The position numbers were made by a program, and so were the translations under genes. The notes under the pieces are model-generated. The model saw nothing but the letters and a program-made list of their open reading frames with translations, was not told the DNA's origin and searched no databases. From contig JBJMOW010000004.1 of NCBI GenBank assembly GCA_045803545.1, positions 64,001 through 128,000 on the forward strand: a stretch of DNA of 64,000 nt, given 5' to 3'. Every line of letters begins with the position of its first letter. Positions within the stretch are counted from its first letter, which is position 1. This document shows, piece after piece, positions 59,711-64,000 of this stretch. This stretch comes from Gemmatimonadaceae bacterium. Its GTDB lineage: Bacteria; Gemmatimonadota; Gemmatimonadetes; Gemmatimonadales; Gemmatimonadaceae.

Positions 59711-60766
59711 ATGACCGAATCCCTCGGAGCGTATCCCGCAGAAAACACAGTGGCCCCGATCGACACCGCTGCATCCTTCGGCCTTAGCCTGAGTGCGCCG
59801 GCATCGGCGCCGCGGCCGATGGGTTTGACGAGACCGGCACCACTCGCCAAAGGCGACACTATTGGAGTCGTCGCCCCATCGTACGCGCCAACTCCCGACT
59901 GGTTGCGGCTCGGCGCCAAAGTGATGGAAGAGGCCGGCTTCAACGTGCTGCTAGAACCGGGCGTCGAGCGCGAGCGGCGCTTTCATCACCGAGAGGACGA
60001 GGAGCGCGCGGAAAAGCTGATGGAGATGTGGAGCAATCCCAACGTGAAAGCGGTGATTGCTGCAACGGGGGGTTACGGCGCCGTACGGGTGATTCCCTAT
60101 CTCGATGCCGACGTCTTCAGGCGGAATCCGAAAATCTTCGTCGGCTACTCCGACATAACCGCACTGCATCTCTGGCTAATGCGTTGCGCCCAGCTCCGAG
60201 TCTTTCATGGTCCGACTCTGGACGACCTGTGCTGGACTGGCGAACAGACCATCCAATCACTTCTCGCCGCCATCACCAATCCGCAGCCACAAATCGAGCT
60301 CGGGGGAAGGACCGTGCGCGCTGTGCGTCCCGGTCGCGCGGTTGGTCGCCTCACCGGCGGCAACTTGTGCCTGGTGCAGCAAACGATCGGCACTCCCTAT
60401 GAGGTCGATACCCGAGACTCGATTCTCTTCCTCGAAGAAACCCGCGACCCTATGTCCTACGTCGACGAGCGACTCGTCCACCTGCGCTCGGCAGGCCTGT
60501 TGCGCGGCGTAAAGGGAATTGTTTTCGGTAATCTGTCCCTCGATCGCTGTGAAGAAGATGAATTCGAGGATTTCCTACTGGATCTGCTTCATGACTTCGA
60601 TGGTCCGATCCTGATGGATTTCCCGGCTGGACACGAAGCGCCTAACCTCACGCTGCCACTAGGAACGGAAGTCGAGCTGGTGAGCGATCAGTCGACCGGG
60701 TGGCTTTCCTACAAAGAAGACGCGTTGGCGGTCGTCGAAGAGAGACCGCGGCTCAGCCTCGTCTAA
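59711..60766 (+). CDS. LD-carboxypeptidase (peptidase S66), second paralog
   Basis: GGYG, GYSD, GGNL, FLEE, AGH. Start uncertain. Confidence 0.9.
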   Translation: MTESLGAYPAENTVAPIDTAASFGLSLSAPASAPRPMGLTRPAPLAKGDTIGVVAPSYAPTPDWLRLGAKVMEEAGFNVLLEPGVERERRFHHREDEERAEKLMEMWSNPNVKAVIAATGGYGAVRVIPYLDADVFRRNPKIFVGYSDITALHLWLMRCAQLRVFHGPTLDDLCWTGEQTIQSLLAAITNPQPQIELGGRTVRAVRPGRAVGRLTGGNLCLVQQTIGTPYEVDTRDSILFLEETRDPMSYVDERLVHLRSAGLLRGVKGIVFGNLSLDRCEEDEFEDFLLDLLHDFDGPILMDFPAGHEAPNLTLPLGTEVELVSDQSTGWLSYKEDALAVVEERPRLSLV

Positions 60767-61341
60767 AGTCCGCCAGTTTTGATGGCTGCATCGACGGCGA
60801 TGCACCAGAGGTGAATAACCATCAGGTGCACCTCTTGGGTGTACGCCCCGTTGTCGCTCGGTACAGAGACGACATGATCCGGCGTGAAGCCCTCGATTCC
60901 CTTCTGGCCGCATAGTGCGATCGTAACGCCGCCTTTGGCCTTCGCGGCTTTCAGACCGCGGATTACGTTTTCCGATTTTCCACTGGTCGTAATTCCAACG
61001 ACAGCGTCGCCCATCGACGTTAGTCCTTCCACCTGCCTCTCGAACAGGGCGCCGTAACCAAAATCGTTCGCGATACACGTGATAACGCCGCTATCGCCGA
61101 CGAGCGATAGTGCCGGCAAAGGCCGCCGGGTTTCTTTGAAGCGCCCGATCAACTCTTCGACGAGGTGGTTGGCCTGAGTCGCACTACCGCCGTTGCCGAA
61201 CGCCAGAATTTTTCCACCGCGTCCGATGGCGGCGATGATCGCATCGCCCGCTGCATCACACGACGGTTGAAGGGATGCTAGAGCAGCATCAATGACTTGC
61301 TGGTGTCCCTTGAAGTGAGCCGCAAAGTGTTCACTCGGCAT
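60763..61341 (-). CDS. gmhA: Phosphoheptose isomerase (SIS domain)
   Basis: GNGGSA, AND, TTSGKSEN, QEVH. Confidence 0.9.
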   Translation of the reverse strand: MPSEHFAAHFKGHQQVIDAALASLQPSCDAAGDAIIAAIGRGGKILAFGNGGSATQANHLVEELIGRFKETRRPLPALSLVGDSGVITCIANDFGYGALFERQVEGLTSMGDAVVGITTSGKSENVIRGLKAAKAKGGVTIALCGQKGIEGFTPDHVVSVPSDNGAYTQEVHLMVIHLWCIAVDAAIKTGGL

Positions 61342-61385
61342 GCGCGGATTATACGAACGAGATGCGAGTGCGCCAGTGGACGAGT

Positions 61386-64000
61386 CTAACGACCACGCCG
61401 CCGCCGTCGACTGCCGCGTTGATCGCTGTGTCGATCGTTGTTTCGATCGCGGCCGTGAGGTCGACCATCACGGCGACCTCGGCGCGCGTCACGGTGGCCC
61501 GAGTGGTCACGATTTCGCTTGAACTCCGACGCAATCTGGCGCACCTCGCGCTCAGCATGTGAAATCATCGCCTGGTCGTCATCGCTTTCCTCGACTTCGT
61601 CCGGGGACCATGGCTGGGCGAGTTTCTCCTGCAGCTCCTCAAGCGAATCAGCGCGGACTGCACCGCGCTGACCACGCAGCACCACGAACCGTAGCGGCCG
61701 ATCGAGCCGAGGGATCTCCTCCTCGACCAGCGTACGTGCGACTTTCTCGGGCAGTCGCAATCTCGCGACTCCAGTCCTTGTCCCGTTGCGGTCTTCCACA
61801 TCGTAATCGAGATCGATGTCGCGATCGCGGATGGTCACCTGCTCCGGCAGTTGTTCGAGGCGCTTGCGCAGCTCCGGTGTGACGAAGGCGTTGCGATCGA
61901 CATCGAGGCGCTTGGCCCGAAAATCGTCCATCGAGTTGACATCGGATAACTGTCGCTCGTACAGCGCCGTCAGCTCGGGGAGCCCAAGCCGTGGGATTTC
62001 GCCGCCAGAACGTTTGTAGGCTTCGCGAACTTCTTCGATCGCGTCACGGTTCTTCTTCACGGCGTGATGTCGCGCTTCACCTCGCGCTACTGCTTCGGCA
62101 AGGAGATGGCGTGCGGCCGCGGCTTCGGCGGCAGGGAATTCCTCAACAATCTCCTGCTCGCTCTCCAACTCAAAGCCGAAATAATCGAGCGAGGTCTTCA
62201 ACACTAGCGGGCCGTGTTTGCGGCGCGCGTCGTAGATCAACTGGGACTTGCCACGGGTCGCGTAGCGACGAATCAATTCCATCGGGATCTGAGTTCCCTC
62301 GATCGCGGCACGCGGAATTCCGGAGCGATCCGCGAAATAGCGCAGGGACCCGGCGATCGCGCCCCAGCTGCCACAAACGCTGGTCTTCGATACGCGGGCT
62401 TCGCTCCCGTCAGCCGTCAACTCGTCGATCACCAGGTCGAACGGCATGTACTGAGCGAGCAGCTCGGTGAACTTCCGGAAGATGTGATCGCGCGCGTACA
62501 CCATCTTGGTTGGCAGCTCCATGCCGAGGCTACGATAGATGCTCGCGGTAGCAAGAGCGGCGTCTTCGATCGCTTTCACGAGTACGCCGCGCTGTTCAGC
62601 CCATTTCTCGATACTTTCGTCGAACAGATGTCGCGGGAGCCCATACACTTCACCGATGTATCCGCAGTGAGAATAGGCCTCGGCGTAGAGGTTATATGCG
62701 GTGAGGTGATCACTGCCCGCCACCACGAGTCCGGACAGGTCGCGATCCTCGCGGGTCATGCGGTGCAGCGATTCTATTGAGCTCATGACGCCGAGGTACG
62801 GAACCAACTCGTCGTCTCCATTCACCAGAAGCTCCGCCCACGGCCGATCGACAGGCATCGCTTCGACAGCCTTTCCATAACGAGATAGTCGGCCATTCTC
62901 GATGATGCCGCGTTGCTCGAGCAGCTGTATCGCTTTGCGGTAAGCCACTCGATCCAGCGGCACTGGCAGATCGAGCTGATCGGCCGCAACGCCGAGGTCA
63001 GCGCAAGTCATCGCCACGCGCTCGGAATCGCCGGCTAACTGGAACTCCGGCGCGGTTGGCCTCAGTGAGGCGAAGTGAATGTCGCGGTCAGAGAGAATGA
63101 AAACCCGACCGCGCTCGACGCGTCCGTGCACACGCCCCGCCATCTGCAGAATCTCGTTGGCGCCCAGATGGAGACGCGTGAGAACATTCTTGCCGCGCTC
63201 GATGATATTACTGAAGCGAGTGTCATCGATAATGACCGTATCGAGCCCGTGAACGTTGAGTGCGCTCTGGCCTGCAGCGGTCATCGCCAGGAAGTAGGGT
63301 TTGGTTTCTTCGCCTTCCAGGAATGGCCGAATAATTCGAAGCGGTTCGCCGCCGTGATAGAACGCAGCGTTGATGCGCGGGAATCGTTCGCGCACCTGCT
63401 CGGCTGCTCCTTCTACGCCCGCTCGCGTCGGTAGAAACATCCCGACTCCACGACGCTCCTTCACTACCTGCTGCAGAAAGCGGTCGTCGAGAAAAGTCAG
63501 AGGATCTTTCCGGACGATCTTCACGTCGGCGGCTTTGGCGGGATCGAACGCCGAGCTCTCGAGCACCGCGGCCGCGCTCAGATAGGAAGCGTAGAAGGTC
63601 GGATCGACTGTGGCTGACAACCAGATGAAACGACAGCCAACTCTTTTTCCGAGAGCGAGACACAGCTCGAGCTCGGCCGAAGTCTGGTGGATCTCGTCGA
63701 CGACGAGAGTGTCGGTGGCGAGGATGTCACCATCCTGAAACCACCGCCGGGCGATGCCGGTGGTGACGACGATGACGTTCCAGGTCGGAGTCTCGGGAGT
63801 CGCCTCGCGCTCGCGATTGACGACGCCCACCTTCAGGTCAGTCGTTCCGAGAATGGTCTCGGCGATGGGCCGGATGGAGAGTGTCTTCCCGGTGCCCGTC
63901 CCGGCAACGATGCCGAAGCCTTTCCCGGCAGCCGCCAGCTCGCGGATCTCACGGCCGTGCTGTTTCTCGAGAACTGTCGGGATGTGAAGCCCGAGCGCCA
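61386..64000 (-). CDS. DEAH-box (HrpA/HrpB-like) helicase, 5' end outside window
   Basis: GTGTGKT near the window end, DEIH, SAT, QMAGRVHGR. Confidence 0.88.
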   Translation of the reverse strand, partial: ALGLHIPTVLEKQHGREIRELAAAGKGFGIVAGTGTGKTLSIRPIAETILGTTDLKVGVVNREREATPETPTWNVIVVTTGIARRWFQDGDILATDTLVVDEIHQTSAELELCLALGKRVGCRFIWLSATVDPTFYASYLSAAAVLESSAFDPAKAADVKIVRKDPLTFLDDRFLQQVVKERRGVGMFLPTRAGVEGAAEQVRERFPRINAAFYHGGEPLRIIRPFLEGEETKPYFLAMTAAGQSALNVHGLDTVIIDDTRFSNIIERGKNVLTRLHLGANEILQMAGRVHGRVERGRVFILSDRDIHFASLRPTAPEFQLAGDSERVAMTCADLGVAADQLDLPVPLDRVAYRKAIQLLEQRGIIENGRLSRYGKAVEAMPVDRPWAELLVNGDDELVPYLGVMSSIESLHRMTREDRDLSGLVVAGSDHLTAYNLYAEAYSHCGYIGEVYGLPRHLFDESIEKWAEQRGVLVKAIEDAALATASIYRSLGMELPTKMVYARDHIFRKFTELLAQYMPFDLVIDELTADGSEARVSKTSVCGSWGAIAGSLRYFADRSGIPRAAIEGTQIPMELIRRYATRGKSQLIYDARRKHGPLVLKTSLDYFGFELESEQEIVEEFPAAEAAAARHLLAEAVARGEARHHAVKKNRDAIEEVREAYKRSGGEIPRLGLPELTALYERQLSDVNSMDDFRAKRLDVDRNAFVTPELRKRLEQLPEQVTIRDRDIDLDYDVEDRNGTRTGVARLRLPEKVARTLVEEEIPRLDRPLRFVVLRGQRGAVRADSLEELQEKLAQPWSPDEVEESDDDQAMISHAEREVRQIASEFKRNRDHSGHRDARRGRRDGRPHGRDRNNDRHSDQRGSRRRRRGR

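Noticed and set aside
1..64000. tRNA/rRNA genes, including a tRNA target for the casposon
   Set aside because: No cloverleaf or rRNA-like sequence recognised by eye. tRNAscan/Infernal would be needed to exclude them.

Overview
GC-rich bacterial chromosome segment, possibly Gemmatimonadota (a guess from gene style, not shown by the sequence). Most of it is housekeeping or metabolic: LD-carboxypeptidases, deoC plus two aldehyde dehydrogenases, an ABC exporter, an ECF sigma factor, rnhA, thiolase, thyX, two Ddl-like ATP-grasp ligases with a KamA-family radical SAM enzyme, ispH, gmhA and a DEAH helicase. The main feature is an apparently complete 14,357-bp casposon at 7133-21489. It has a 14-bp target-site duplication (CTGAACGCCATCGC), imperfect GGGTATA-initiated terminal inverted repeats, a stand-alone Cas1 (casposase), a family B DNA polymerase, an HNH nuclease and HTH proteins. 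Its cargo looks defensive: a TIR-domain protein, a HEPN protein, an N6-adenine MTase with a putative restriction endonuclease, and a DUF2188-like protein. It is inserted into the 3' end of a host Eco57I/TaqI-like DNA methyltransferase gene, splitting that gene and separating it from its SNF2-like helicase partner. Smaller observations include a shared C-terminal HTH on Cas1 and PolB, heptamer-repeat elements inserted in frame into host genes, a ~70-bp-arm palindrome, sigma54-like promoters and a polyglycine protein. All calls come from reading motifs by eye; no database searches were run.
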